Assembly (NCBI GenBank): GCA_017961575.1
Contig: JAGCXA010000044.1
Span: forward strand, 5,705-69,704
Origin: Clostridia bacterium
GTDB taxonomy: Bacteria; Bacillota; Clostridia; Oscillospirales; CAG-272
DNA: 64,000 nt
Direction of reading: 5' to 3'
This document shows positions 26,657 to 36,126 of the stretch, in pieces. The position numbers were made by a program, and so were the translations under genes. The notes under the pieces are model-generated. The model was given only the letters and a program-made list of their open reading frames with translations, was not told where the DNA came from and made no database searches. Within the stretch, counting starts at the first letter, position 1, and the number at the start of each line of letters is the position of its first letter.

Positions 26657-27434
26657 AAAGACTTACGTTCCGAAGAAGGGATTTACCCCCGTCTGCGAGA
26701 TCGGGAAATGCTCGCTCTCTCGGCTGGAATTCGGGATCATCGAACTCTCGGAGGGGGAGGAACAGCCCTTCGACACGGGCGATAAGGAGACGGCGTTCAT
26801 CGTTCTGTACGGGCATTGCGACGTCCTCTTCGACGGCGGGACCTTCGAGAACGTCGGCAACCGGCGGAGCGTGTTCGAGAACCGCAAAGCCGAGTGCTTC
26901 TATATGCCGCGGGACCAAAAACTTCTCGTGCGCGCGCGCGATCGCTTGAAGATCGCGGTCTGCGCCACCCCGATCGGGGAGAAGACCGAGCCGCAACTGC
27001 TCCGCGAGGATCGCGTCCCCCTGAAACTGCTCGGCAGACCGCCCTTCGAGCGCGAAACGAGTTTCCTGATCGACGGCACGACCAACGCGAAGATCCTGAC
27101 GGTCGGCGAATCCTACACGACCGAGGGCAACTGGGCGGGCTTCCCGCCGCATAAGCACGACGCGGACAATATGCCCGCCGAGTGCGTCGCCGAGGAGATC
27201 TACTACTTCCTCTTCGAGCCGGAGCAGGGCTTCGCCGTTCAATGCCTCTACACCAAGGACGGCGAGATCGACGAGGCGTACCGCGTGAAGAACGACGAAC
27301 TCGTCGAGTTCCCGCGCGGCTACCACACCACCGTTTCGACGCCGGGCTACAAGACCTACTTCCTGTGGCTGATGGCGGGCGATTATCAGGGATTCAACCG
27401 CTCGAACGACCCGGATCACGACTGGATCAAATAA
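26646..27434 (+). CDS. KduI/IolB-family isomerase (5-deoxy-glucuronate or 5-keto-4-deoxyuronate isomerase type)
   Basis: The 262-aa ORF has a cupin-type core …NWAGFPPHKHD…EEIYYF…GYHTTVSTPGYKTYFLWLMAG…, characteristic of IolB/KduI. Confidence 0.75.
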   Translation: MNFKKTYVPKKGFTPVCEIGKCSLSRLEFGIIELSEGEEQPFDTGDKETAFIVLYGHCDVLFDGGTFENVGNRRSVFENRKAECFYMPRDQKLLVRARDRLKIAVCATPIGEKTEPQLLREDRVPLKLLGRPPFERETSFLIDGTTNAKILTVGESYTTEGNWAGFPPHKHDADNMPAECVAEEIYYFLFEPEQGFAVQCLYTKDGEIDEAYRVKNDELVEFPRGYHTTVSTPGYKTYFLWLMAGDYQGFNRSNDPDHDWIK

Positions 27435-27458
27435 AAGCGCCCGAAAGGGGACACGGCG

Positions 27459-28934
27459 ATGAAATATCTTCTCGGAATCGATTTCGGCGGCGGCGCCTCG
27501 AAGGCGACGCTGCTCTCGGCGGCGGGGCGGGTGGTCGCCACCCATACCGTCGAATATCCGACGCACTATCCCGCGCCGGGCTTCGTCGAACAGGACCCCG
27601 AGGACTGGGTCCGGGCGGCGAAAGAGAATATCCGCGCCCTGCTCGGGGAGAGCGGGATCGATCCGAAGGACGTCGCCGCGCTCGCCTTTGACGCCGCGAC
27701 CCATACGGCGGTGCTCTGCGACGAAAACTACCGCGCGCTCCGCCCCGCGATCTATTGGACCGACACCCGCTCCGTCGGGGAGGTCGCGTACCTGAAAGAA
27801 CGCTGCGGCGACCTGATCTTCGACCGGGCGTACCACCGCCCCGACACGATCTGGACGCTCCCGCAGCTGATGTGGGTGAAAAAGAACGAGCCCGACGTCT
27901 GGGCGAAGACGAAAAAAATCTTTTTCGCCAAGGACTACGTGCGGCATTACTTCACGGGCGACTACGTGACCGACGTGATCGAGGCGGAGGGCAGTATGCT
28001 CTTCGACTATCGGACGCTCTCGTGGTCGGATGAACTCTGCGGCGTACTCGGACTTGATCCGGCAACGCTCCCGAAAACCGTCCGTCCCACCGACGTCGCC
28101 GGAACCGTGACCAAGGCGGCGGCGGAGGCGACCGGGATCCCCGCGGGGACCGTCGTCTACTGCGGGACGACCGATACCGTGACGGAGATCTATGCCGCCG
28201 GCGCCGTCGAGCGCGGCGACGTGACGGTCAAACTCGCGACGGCGGGGCGGATCTGCGTGATCTCCGAACGCCCGGTGCGCGACGTCAACCTCATCAATTA
28301 CTCGCACGTCGTGGACGGGCTCTGGTATCCCGGCACGGCGACCAAATCCTGCGCCGCAAGCAACCGCTGGTTCCGCGACACCTTCGGCGGCGATTACCGC
28401 ACGCTCGACGAGATGGCGGCGACGGTCGAACCGGGGTGCGGGGGACTCGTTTTCCACCCCTACCTGAACGGGGAACTCACCCCCTACGCCAACCCCAACC
28501 TGTCGGGCAGTTTCACCGGGATCCGCGCCTGTCACACCAAGGCGCACTTCGCCCGCGCGGTGCTTGAAGGCGTGGCGTTCAGTATGCTCGACTGCGAACG
28601 GGCGCTGCAAGAGATCGGACTTTCGCACAAGGCGCGCGCGACGATGATCGGGATGGGCGGCAAAAGCCCGCTCTGGCGGCAGATCCTCTCGGACGTTCTG
28701 GGGATCCGCCTGACCGTGAAAAAATACAGCGATTCGTCCTTCGGCACCGCGATGCTCGCGGGGGTCGCCGCCGGGATCTTCGACGGGTTCGCCTCCGCCG
28801 TCGCGCTCTGCAACGGGGACGTCTCCGAGACGTTGCCCGATCCGGAAAAACACGAACTCTATCAGACGTATTTCAAACGCTACAAGGCGATCACCGACGC
28901 GCTCGCCCCGATCTATAACGAGGGCGTCCGATGA
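27459..28934 (+). CDS. FGGY-family carbohydrate kinase (xylulokinase/gluconokinase-like)
   Basis: The 491-aa ORF begins MKYLLGIDFGGGASKATLL and shows …WTD.R…, …GTTDT… and …GGGAKS-like MGGKSPLWRQILSDVLG motifs. Confidence 0.85.
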   Translation: MKYLLGIDFGGGASKATLLSAAGRVVATHTVEYPTHYPAPGFVEQDPEDWVRAAKENIRALLGESGIDPKDVAALAFDAATHTAVLCDENYRALRPAIYWTDTRSVGEVAYLKERCGDLIFDRAYHRPDTIWTLPQLMWVKKNEPDVWAKTKKIFFAKDYVRHYFTGDYVTDVIEAEGSMLFDYRTLSWSDELCGVLGLDPATLPKTVRPTDVAGTVTKAAAEATGIPAGTVVYCGTTDTVTEIYAAGAVERGDVTVKLATAGRICVISERPVRDVNLINYSHVVDGLWYPGTATKSCAASNRWFRDTFGGDYRTLDEMAATVEPGCGGLVFHPYLNGELTPYANPNLSGSFTGIRACHTKAHFARAVLEGVAFSMLDCERALQEIGLSHKARATMIGMGGKSPLWRQILSDVLGIRLTVKKYSDSSFGTAMLAGVAAGIFDGFASAVALCNGDVSETLPDPEKHELYQTYFKRYKAITDALAPIYNEGVR

Positions 28935-30352
28935 AGACCGCCGTTCTGGTCAAGGTCGTCGACGGAGAAATCAACCCGTTCGACGCCTCCGCCGTCGAAT
29001 GGGCGCTGTCGCTCGGCGGCGAGGTGACCGTGATCTCGATGGGACCCCGCACCTGGGAGGGCGTACTGCTCCCCCTGACGCGGCTCGGGGTCGGGCGGGT
29101 GATCCTGCTCTCCGACCCGGTTTTCGCGGGATCGGACACCCTCGCGACCGCCTACGTTCTGTCGCGGGCGCTCGCCCGGCTGGATTACGGTCTGCTCCTC
29201 GCGGGGCGAAAAACGCTCGACGGCGAGACGGGGCAGGTCGCGCCATGCCTTGCCGAGACGCTCGGGATCCCCGTTCTGACGAACGTCTTTTCGTTTGCGG
29301 TCGGGGACGGAGCGATCGTCGCCGAGACCGCGCTCGGGACCGAGTGCGTCGGACTCCCCGCCTGCCTTTCGCTCGAACGGACGAAGCAACTGCGCTTCCC
29401 GTCGCTCTTCTCGCAGACGGGCGAGGTCGAGATCTGGGACAGTCAGACCGTCGGCGCCGACCCCGCCCGATGCGGGCTTGCCGGCTCGCCGACCCGGGTG
29501 ATCGAAACCTTTGAAAACAGAAAGGGCGAACGCGCCTGCAAGATGATCGCGCCGACCGACCTGCCGGATCTCTTCCGCGATCTGCGGAAAAAGCAAAAGC
29601 GCAAAGCCGCCGCCGCGGAGAGCGAAACAAAACTCCCGTCGGTCTGGGCGGTCGGGGAAGAGGTGCTCGGCGAGGCGAGGGCCATCGCGAAAGAGGTCGT
29701 TCTGATCGGAAAGGACAGCCCGGAGGCGATCGCCGGACGGGCGAAGACCGAACGCCCCGACGTGATCCTGTGGAACGCCGACGTTTGGGGAAGACGGAAC
29801 GCCCCGATCGTGCAGGCGATGCTCGAAACCGGGCTGTGCGCCGACTGCACGGAACTTGAAACCGACGGAAAGCGGCTCGTGATGATCCGTCCCGCCAAGG
29901 GAGGGAGCGTCACGGCGAAGATCCTCTGCCGGACGCGCCCGCAGATGGCGACGGTGCGTACGGTCGACGAAAAGGCGGGCGATCTGATCGTTTCGGCGGG
30001 ACGCGGGGTCGCGGACGAGGTCGGGGCTGTACGGGCGTTTGCCGGGCGGCTCGGCGCCGAGTTCTGCGCCTCCCGGGCGCTGGTCGATCTCGGGCTTGCC
30101 GACTATCCCGAACAGGTCGGTCTGACCGGACGGGTCGTCTCTCCGAAGATCTATCTCGCGATCGGGATCTCGGGCGCCGTGCAGCATCTGGTCGGGATGC
30201 GCGACGCCGACGCCGTGATCGCGGTCAACCCCGATCCTGACGCCCCGATCTTCGGGTTCGCCGATTACGGGATCGTCGGTACGTTTGCGAGTTTAATGAG
30301 GGAAACCGACGGACGGTTTCCGGAAGGAGATAAACGGAATGTTGGATTATAA
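28931..30352 (+). CDS. Fused electron-transfer flavoprotein: EtfB-like N-terminal half plus EtfA-like C-terminal half
   Basis: The N-terminal half resembles EtfB (INPFDASAVEWAL…VTVISMGP…LLSDPVFAGSDTLATAYVL…LLLAGRKTLDGETGQVAPCLAETLGIP). The C-terminal half resembles the EtfA FAD domain (RPQMATVR…SAGRGV…ASRALVDLGLADYPEQVGLTGRVVSPKIYLAIGISGAVQHLVGM…IAVNPDPDAPIF..ADYGIVG). It is a single 473-aa ORF. Confidence 0.8.
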   Translation: MKTAVLVKVVDGEINPFDASAVEWALSLGGEVTVISMGPRTWEGVLLPLTRLGVGRVILLSDPVFAGSDTLATAYVLSRALARLDYGLLLAGRKTLDGETGQVAPCLAETLGIPVLTNVFSFAVGDGAIVAETALGTECVGLPACLSLERTKQLRFPSLFSQTGEVEIWDSQTVGADPARCGLAGSPTRVIETFENRKGERACKMIAPTDLPDLFRDLRKKQKRKAAAAESETKLPSVWAVGEEVLGEARAIAKEVVLIGKDSPEAIAGRAKTERPDVILWNADVWGRRNAPIVQAMLETGLCADCTELETDGKRLVMIRPAKGGSVTAKILCRTRPQMATVRTVDEKAGDLIVSAGRGVADEVGAVRAFAGRLGAEFCASRALVDLGLADYPEQVGLTGRVVSPKIYLAIGISGAVQHLVGMRDADAVIAVNPDPDAPIFGFADYGIVGTFASLMRETDGRFPEGDKRNVGL

Positions 30353-31745
30353 GGTAAAGATCGGACTGGTCCCGATGCGTCGGGACACGAACAACCGCCC
30401 GAGGTGGACCTTCCTCACCTGGTACTCCGCGGAGGAGCGGGGCGAACGGTTCGTCAAGTATATCGAGGAGAATTTCACGACCGACAAGGTGTCGTTTATC
30501 GACTCGAAGGGGCTCGGAACGAAGGATCTGATCCACGACGCCGCGTCCGCCGACGCGATGGTCGAGCGGATGAAGCGCGAGGGGGTCGACGCCGTTTTCA
30601 TCATCAACTGCAACTTCGGCAACGAGGAAGCGGCGGCGGATATTGCGCGGGCGATGGGGAAGCCGGTGCTTCTCTGGGCGCCGCTTGACGACGAGTACTA
30701 CGTCGACGGGATGCGTCCGACCGACTCGCAGTGCGGGCTGTTCGGCGTGTCGCGCCAGATGCAGCGCTTCCATATCCCCTTCTCGCACCTCCCCTGCTGC
30801 CGCGTCGAGAGCGACGAGTTCAAAAACGGCTTCGACCGTTTCGTCCGGGTCGCCTGTATGGTGAAGAACTTTACCGGGCTTCGGATCGGGCAGATCGGAC
30901 TGCGCCCGGCGCCCTTCTTCTCGATGATCTGGAACGAGGGCGAACTGATGGAGAAGTTCGGGTTGAAGATCATCCCGATCAACTTCGCCCTGATCGAGCA
31001 GCGGATGAAAGCGACGCTGTCCGAGCAGCCCGAGGAGATGAAAAAGATCGCCGCCTATATCCGCGCAAACTATCGGCTCGACGATCTGACCCCGCCCTAT
31101 ATCGACCGGATGGCGGCGTACGCCGTGACGCTGAAACGGCTCTACGCCGAGTTCAACCTCGACGCGATCTCCGCCGAGTGCTGGACGGCGACCCCCGTGA
31201 TGTTCGACGGGTTCGCGCCCTGCACGGTCTACGGGATCCTAAACGATATGGGCTACCTCGTCTCCTGCGAGAGCGATATGCATTGCCTTCTCACGATGGT
31301 GCTCCTGAAATGCGCCACGCTGGGAGAGGGCAAGCCGCTCTTCGGCGAGTTCACCGTCCGCCATCCCGAGAACAAGAACGCAGAACTGCTCTGGCATTGC
31401 GGACCCTTCCCGCTCTCGCAGAAGACCGGGAGCGGCGTCGGATCGGAGGCGCGCCTCGTCAATCAGCGCTCGTGGTTCCGCGCCAAGGACGGCGTCTACA
31501 CGGTCGCGCGGATGGATCAGGAGAGCGGGCGCTACAAGATCCTGCCCCTCGTCGCCGAAACCACCGAGGGACCCGCGACCCACGGCACCTACCTCTGGGT
31601 GAAGTTCGACGATCTGCAAAAGGTGGAGGACAAGATCCTCGACGGACCCTACGTCCATCACTTCGTTGAGATCGCGGGCGATTACAGCCGCGAGATCCGG
31701 GAGTTCACCAAGTATTTTCCGAACCTGGAAGCCGATTCTGTCTGA
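30339..31745 (+). CDS. L-fucose/L-arabinose isomerase-family protein
   Basis: The 468-aa ORF starts KIGLVPMRR…FIINCNFGNEEAAADIARAMGKPVLLWAP…DSQCGLFGVSRQM…, typical of the fucose-isomerase-like N-terminal and central domains. Confidence 0.6.
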   Translation: MLDYKVKIGLVPMRRDTNNRPRWTFLTWYSAEERGERFVKYIEENFTTDKVSFIDSKGLGTKDLIHDAASADAMVERMKREGVDAVFIINCNFGNEEAAADIARAMGKPVLLWAPLDDEYYVDGMRPTDSQCGLFGVSRQMQRFHIPFSHLPCCRVESDEFKNGFDRFVRVACMVKNFTGLRIGQIGLRPAPFFSMIWNEGELMEKFGLKIIPINFALIEQRMKATLSEQPEEMKKIAAYIRANYRLDDLTPPYIDRMAAYAVTLKRLYAEFNLDAISAECWTATPVMFDGFAPCTVYGILNDMGYLVSCESDMHCLLTMVLLKCATLGEGKPLFGEFTVRHPENKNAELLWHCGPFPLSQKTGSGVGSEARLVNQRSWFRAKDGVYTVARMDQESGRYKILPLVAETTEGPATHGTYLWVKFDDLQKVEDKILDGPYVHHFVEIAGDYSREIREFTKYFPNLEADSV

Positions 31746-31779
31746 CGCGCAAATCCGTCGGGCGTAAAGGAGAAGCAAA

Positions 31780-34110
31780 ATGAGAGAGAAGATCCTCTTC
31801 GACGACAACTGGAAATTCCATCTCGGCGATATACCGGTTCCCGATCCCGTCGGGAAGGGACCGGTCTATATGCAGGCGAAAACCGAGCGGAAAAAGATCG
31901 GACCCGCGTCGGTCCACTACGTCGCCGACAGCGACGACTATTCCACCGAACGGGACCTGAATCCCGTGCGGTGGGAGACCGTTACGCTCCCGCACGATTA
32001 TATCATCGGGCAGACGCCCGACCCGCGCTGTAACAACGCGCTCGGCTACTTCAAATACGAGAACGCCTGGTACCGCAAGACCTTTACCGTCCCGAAGGCG
32101 GACAGGGACAAGCGGATCACCCTCTTCTTCGACGGGGTCGCCGTTCTGGCGACGGTCTATTTCAACGGGTGCCTGATGGGTCACAACTTCTCGGGGTACA
32201 CCGGGTTTGAGATCGACGTTACCGATTACGTCGAGTTCGACCGCGAAAACGTCCTCGCCGTCTACGTCGACGCCACCTCCACCCACGAGGGCTGGTGGTA
32301 CGAGGGCGGCGGGATCTACCGGCACGTCTGGCTGACCAAGACCGACAAGGTCGCCCTCGATCTCTACGGGCTTTACGTCCGCCCCGAATACAAGAACGGC
32401 GCGTGGGAGGTCACGGTGGAGAATACCGTCCGCAACGACCGCGCCGAGTCGGTTTCGGCGACGGTGAAGACCGAGATCCTCGACGGGAACAAAACCGTCC
32501 TTTCGCTGTCCGGCGAGTGCGAACTCGCCCCGATGACGAAGGGAACGACCGTCTTCTCGGGCGCCGTCAAACGGCCGCGCCTCTGGAGCGTGGAGGACCC
32601 GTACCAATACCGCGCGGTGACAAAAATCTACCGCAGCGGGGCGCTCTCGGATACCTGTGAAACGAAATTCGGCTTCCGCACCTTCGCCTGGTCGCCCGAG
32701 GAGGGTTTCACCGTCAACGGCAAGCGCACCTTCATCAACGGCGTCTGCGCCCACGAGGATTTCGGGCTGACCGGCAAGGCGGTCGCCGACAATATCCGCA
32801 GATACAAGATCGGGCTCATCAAGGAGATGGGCGCGAACGGTTACCGCTGCACCCATTATCCGCAGACGGCGGAGACGATGGACGCCCTCGACGAAGCGGG
32901 GCTGATCGTGATGGCGGAGACCCGTTGGTTCGAGTCGTCAAAAGAGGGGCTGGAACAACTCGAATCGCTGATCAAGCGCGACCGCAACCGTCCCTCGGTC
33001 TTCTTCTGGTCGGTGGGGAACGAGGAACCGAAGCAGACGACCGACGCCGGGCGGCGGATCAGCCGCCGGATGATCGGGACGATCCGACGGCTCGACCCCA
33101 CGCGCTGGATCACCTGCGCCGTCTCGGACAATCCCGACAAGGCGACGGTCTACGACGATCTCGACGTGATCGGGATCAACTACAATCATTGGAACTACGA
33201 CGCCGTGCATAAGAATCATCCCGACAAGATGATCCTCGCGTCGGAGTGCTGCGCCACCGGAACGACGCGCGGCTGGTACTTCGACGACGACCCGCAGAAG
33301 GGGTACTTCAACGCGGTCGACAAGGACACCAACGAGTGGTTCATCGGGCGCGAGAATATGTGGCGGTTCTTTCGCGACCATCCCTACGTTTCGGGCGGCT
33401 TCCAATGGATCGCCTTCGAGCATCGCGGGGAATGTACCTGGCCGCGGCTCTGCTCGCAGTCCGGCGCGATCGACCTCTTTATGCAGAAGAAGGACGCCTT
33501 CTATCAGAACAGGACGCTGTTCCTGACCAACCGCCCCCTGATCCACGTCCTGCCGCATTGGAACTGGACGGGATACGAGGGCGAACCGATCCGCGTCGTC
33601 GCCTACACCAACTGCGAGGAGGCGGAACTCTTCCTCAACGGCAAGTCCTTCGGGCGTCGGACGGTCGACCGTCCGGGACACGCCGAATGGAGCGTTCCGT
33701 ACGCCCCCGGAATGATCAAGGCGGTCGGCTACAACGGCGGGAACCCGGTCGCGGGCGACGCCTGCCGCACGACGAAGAAGCCGGTCGGACTGGCTTTGAA
33801 ACTCGAAAACGAGGTCGGAGAGGCGAACGGGCGCGACGTCGCGCTGATTACTTGTTTCTGCATCGACGAGGACGGACGGGAAGTCCCGGACGCCGGTCCC
33901 TTCGTCCGCTTCATTCCGAACGCCCGCGGGAAGATCCTCGGGACGGGTTCCGACGTTTCGGATCACCGCCCGGTGACCGAGCCCGACCGACGGATGCGGG
34001 CGGGCAGGATCTCCGTCGCCGTTCTGGTCGGACGGGAGGCGGGAACGCTCACGCTTCGCGCCGAAGCCGACGGGCTGACCCCCGCGATCCTCAAAATCGA
34101 GTTGCAATAA
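31780..34110 (+). CDS. Glycoside hydrolase family 2 (beta-galactosidase/beta-glucuronidase-like)
   Basis: The 776-aa ORF starts FDDNWKFHLGD and shows the sugar-binding, Ig-like and TIM-barrel order (…NGYRCTHYP…WSVGNEE…ASECCA…). Confidence 0.85.
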   Translation: MREKILFDDNWKFHLGDIPVPDPVGKGPVYMQAKTERKKIGPASVHYVADSDDYSTERDLNPVRWETVTLPHDYIIGQTPDPRCNNALGYFKYENAWYRKTFTVPKADRDKRITLFFDGVAVLATVYFNGCLMGHNFSGYTGFEIDVTDYVEFDRENVLAVYVDATSTHEGWWYEGGGIYRHVWLTKTDKVALDLYGLYVRPEYKNGAWEVTVENTVRNDRAESVSATVKTEILDGNKTVLSLSGECELAPMTKGTTVFSGAVKRPRLWSVEDPYQYRAVTKIYRSGALSDTCETKFGFRTFAWSPEEGFTVNGKRTFINGVCAHEDFGLTGKAVADNIRRYKIGLIKEMGANGYRCTHYPQTAETMDALDEAGLIVMAETRWFESSKEGLEQLESLIKRDRNRPSVFFWSVGNEEPKQTTDAGRRISRRMIGTIRRLDPTRWITCAVSDNPDKATVYDDLDVIGINYNHWNYDAVHKNHPDKMILASECCATGTTRGWYFDDDPQKGYFNAVDKDTNEWFIGRENMWRFFRDHPYVSGGFQWIAFEHRGECTWPRLCSQSGAIDLFMQKKDAFYQNRTLFLTNRPLIHVLPHWNWTGYEGEPIRVVAYTNCEEAELFLNGKSFGRRTVDRPGHAEWSVPYAPGMIKAVGYNGGNPVAGDACRTTKKPVGLALKLENEVGEANGRDVALITCFCIDEDGREVPDAGPFVRFIPNARGKILGTGSDVSDHRPVTEPDRRMRAGRISVAVLVGREAGTLTLRAEADGLTPAILKIELQ

Positions 34111-34137
34111 TCCCGCCGATTTTTGAAAGGAAAAACG

Positions 34138-36108
34138 ATGCTCACACAACGATTCGGAAAACCGTATCAGACCGACGAAGGGTATATCGACCGGTTCCTC
34201 TCGATGGTGCGGGACAATCCCGGCTCCTGCGACGAGGTCTGGTTCGCGTCGCTCTACGGCTACCCCAAAACCGAGACGCACAGGGCGTACGCCGAAAAGA
34301 TCCTGCCCTTTGCCGGGAAGATCCGGCGGGCGGGGCTCCGCGTCTCGCTGCAAATCAGCAATACGGTGGGACACGGGGAATACATCGCCAAGCGCGACTG
34401 CTCCGGGCTGGTCTATCCCGGCTCGCCCGTGCGGAACCTCGTCGGATGGGACGGCGCCGTCGCGCGCCACTCCTTCTGCTGGCGTGACCGGTTTTTCCGC
34501 GACTATATCCTCGATTCGATCCGGGCGTACCTGCCGATCAAGCCTGCGGCGATCTGGTTCGACGACGACTTCCGCCCCAATCACCATCTGCCGGTCACCT
34601 TCGGCTGCTTCTGCGACGATTGCCTCGCCGCGTTCGGCAAAGAATACGGCAGGACGTTCACGCGCGAAGAACTGGTTTCAGAGTTGAACGACGGGGATAT
34701 CGCCTGCCGGAAGGCGTTCATTGACTTTACCAAGGCGGGGCTCGCAAGTTTTATGGCGGAATGCTGCGAGGTCATCCACCGCGAACTGCCCGAGACCAAA
34801 ATCGGTTTGCAGCAGGGGTCGATGACCGGATTCATCGGCGATGAGGGCAACCGTTACCTTCACGAGACGATCTACCGGGTGACGGGGCTTCGGTCGCTGT
34901 CGCGTCCCGGCGGCGGCGCCTACACCGATCAGGACGTGCGCGCCTTCATCAAGAAGGGCGGCGAGATCGAGCGTCAGAACCGGGAGTGTCCCGACACGGT
35001 GTCCGAAATTCGCCCCGAGATCGAGAGTCTCCCCTACGTCGCCTACGGCAAGAGCGCGGCGGGAACCTGTTTTGAATCGACCCTCTACTTCGCCGTCGGC
35101 GCGACGGCGATGAGTTACGCGATGATGATGGACGAGAACGAGGACGCCGCCTTCTATCGGCGGGAGTTCGAGCTTTTCTCGCTTCACCGCCCCTACTGGG
35201 AAAAACTCTCCAAGACCAACCGGGAGAGCGTGCAGGACGGGGTCAACGCGGTCTTCCTTCGGGGGAAGTGGGCGTACCGTTCGAAGATCCCCTTCGACTA
35301 CGCCGAGGGTGATCCGGCGGAGGAGACGGTTCTAAGGTATATCAGTCTGCCGATCTCCTATCGGCGGGACTCCGACGGCGTGCAGATCCTACACGGCTCG
35401 GACGCCGACCGTCTCTCGGACGAAGCGGTCCGGGAATTGCTCGGCAAGCCCCTGCTGACCGACGCCGAAACCATCGAGCGCCTTTCCGCGCGCGGGATTT
35501 CGTTCCCGATCGGGGTCGAAAAGATCGACACGCTGAAAATGAACGAGGAGTGCGCCGATCACCCGATCAACCGCGGGATCACCCGCCGGGTCTGGGACGG
35601 CAAGTTCGCGGGGAAACGCGAGGGCTATCGGATCGACGCGACGGGAGACGGGGTCGAGGTCGTCGGGCGCTATCTCGCGGTCGGGGCGGGCGCCCCGGAC
35701 GGCGGGAGCATCGCGACGGCGGTCTTTACGACCTCCGCCGGCGCGAAGTGGGCGGTTTTCGGTTTCGATCTCTGGAACCGCGTCGTCAGTATCGAGAGAA
35801 GAGATCAGATTTTCAACACCGTCGAGTATATCGGCGGAAAACCCCTGTCCGCACGGATGATCGACGGATTCTCGTCGCTCGTTCTGCCGCGGGTCGCCCC
35901 CGACGGGCGGCTCGTCTCGGTCAGCGTCGTCAACTGCACGCCGGGCGAGAGCGGGGAATACCGGATCCGGGTGGCGGCGCCCGCGGGGACGACCGCGCAT
36001 TATCTGGCACAATACGGAAAAGAGGCGACCGTCTCGGTCGGTGTGGGCGGGATCGTTTTGATGCCCTCGCTCTCCGGTTGGAACGTCGGCACGCTGTTTT
36101 TTGAATAA
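34138..36108 (+). CDS. Hypothetical protein (656 aa) embedded in the glycan operon; possible uncharacterised glycosidase
   Basis: The ATG at 34138 follows GAAAGGAAAAA. I recognise no motif and see no signal peptide. It lies between the GH2 and GH65 genes. Confidence 0.5.
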   Translation: MLTQRFGKPYQTDEGYIDRFLSMVRDNPGSCDEVWFASLYGYPKTETHRAYAEKILPFAGKIRRAGLRVSLQISNTVGHGEYIAKRDCSGLVYPGSPVRNLVGWDGAVARHSFCWRDRFFRDYILDSIRAYLPIKPAAIWFDDDFRPNHHLPVTFGCFCDDCLAAFGKEYGRTFTREELVSELNDGDIACRKAFIDFTKAGLASFMAECCEVIHRELPETKIGLQQGSMTGFIGDEGNRYLHETIYRVTGLRSLSRPGGGAYTDQDVRAFIKKGGEIERQNRECPDTVSEIRPEIESLPYVAYGKSAAGTCFESTLYFAVGATAMSYAMMMDENEDAAFYRREFELFSLHRPYWEKLSKTNRESVQDGVNAVFLRGKWAYRSKIPFDYAEGDPAEETVLRYISLPISYRRDSDGVQILHGSDADRLSDEAVRELLGKPLLTDAETIERLSARGISFPIGVEKIDTLKMNEECADHPINRGITRRVWDGKFAGKREGYRIDATGDGVEVVGRYLAVGAGAPDGGSIATAVFTTSAGAKWAVFGFDLWNRVVSIERRDQIFNTVEYIGGKPLSARMIDGFSSLVLPRVAPDGRLVSVSVVNCTPGESGEYRIRVAAPAGTTAHYLAQYGKEATVSVGVGGIVLMPSLSGWNVGTLFFE

Positions 36109-36126
36109 AATCGGGAGAAATACGAA

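Noticed and set aside
24903-27434. Calling the aldolase, PfkB kinase and IolB-like trio a myo-inositol (iolJ-iolC-iolB) catabolic module.
   Set aside because: The upstream steps (iolG, iolE, iolD) are absent from the operon. The same three folds serve unsaturated-uronate catabolism (KduI-type isomerase, KdgK-type kinase, aldolase), which fits the two heparinase-like genes in the operon. The assignment is left at family level.
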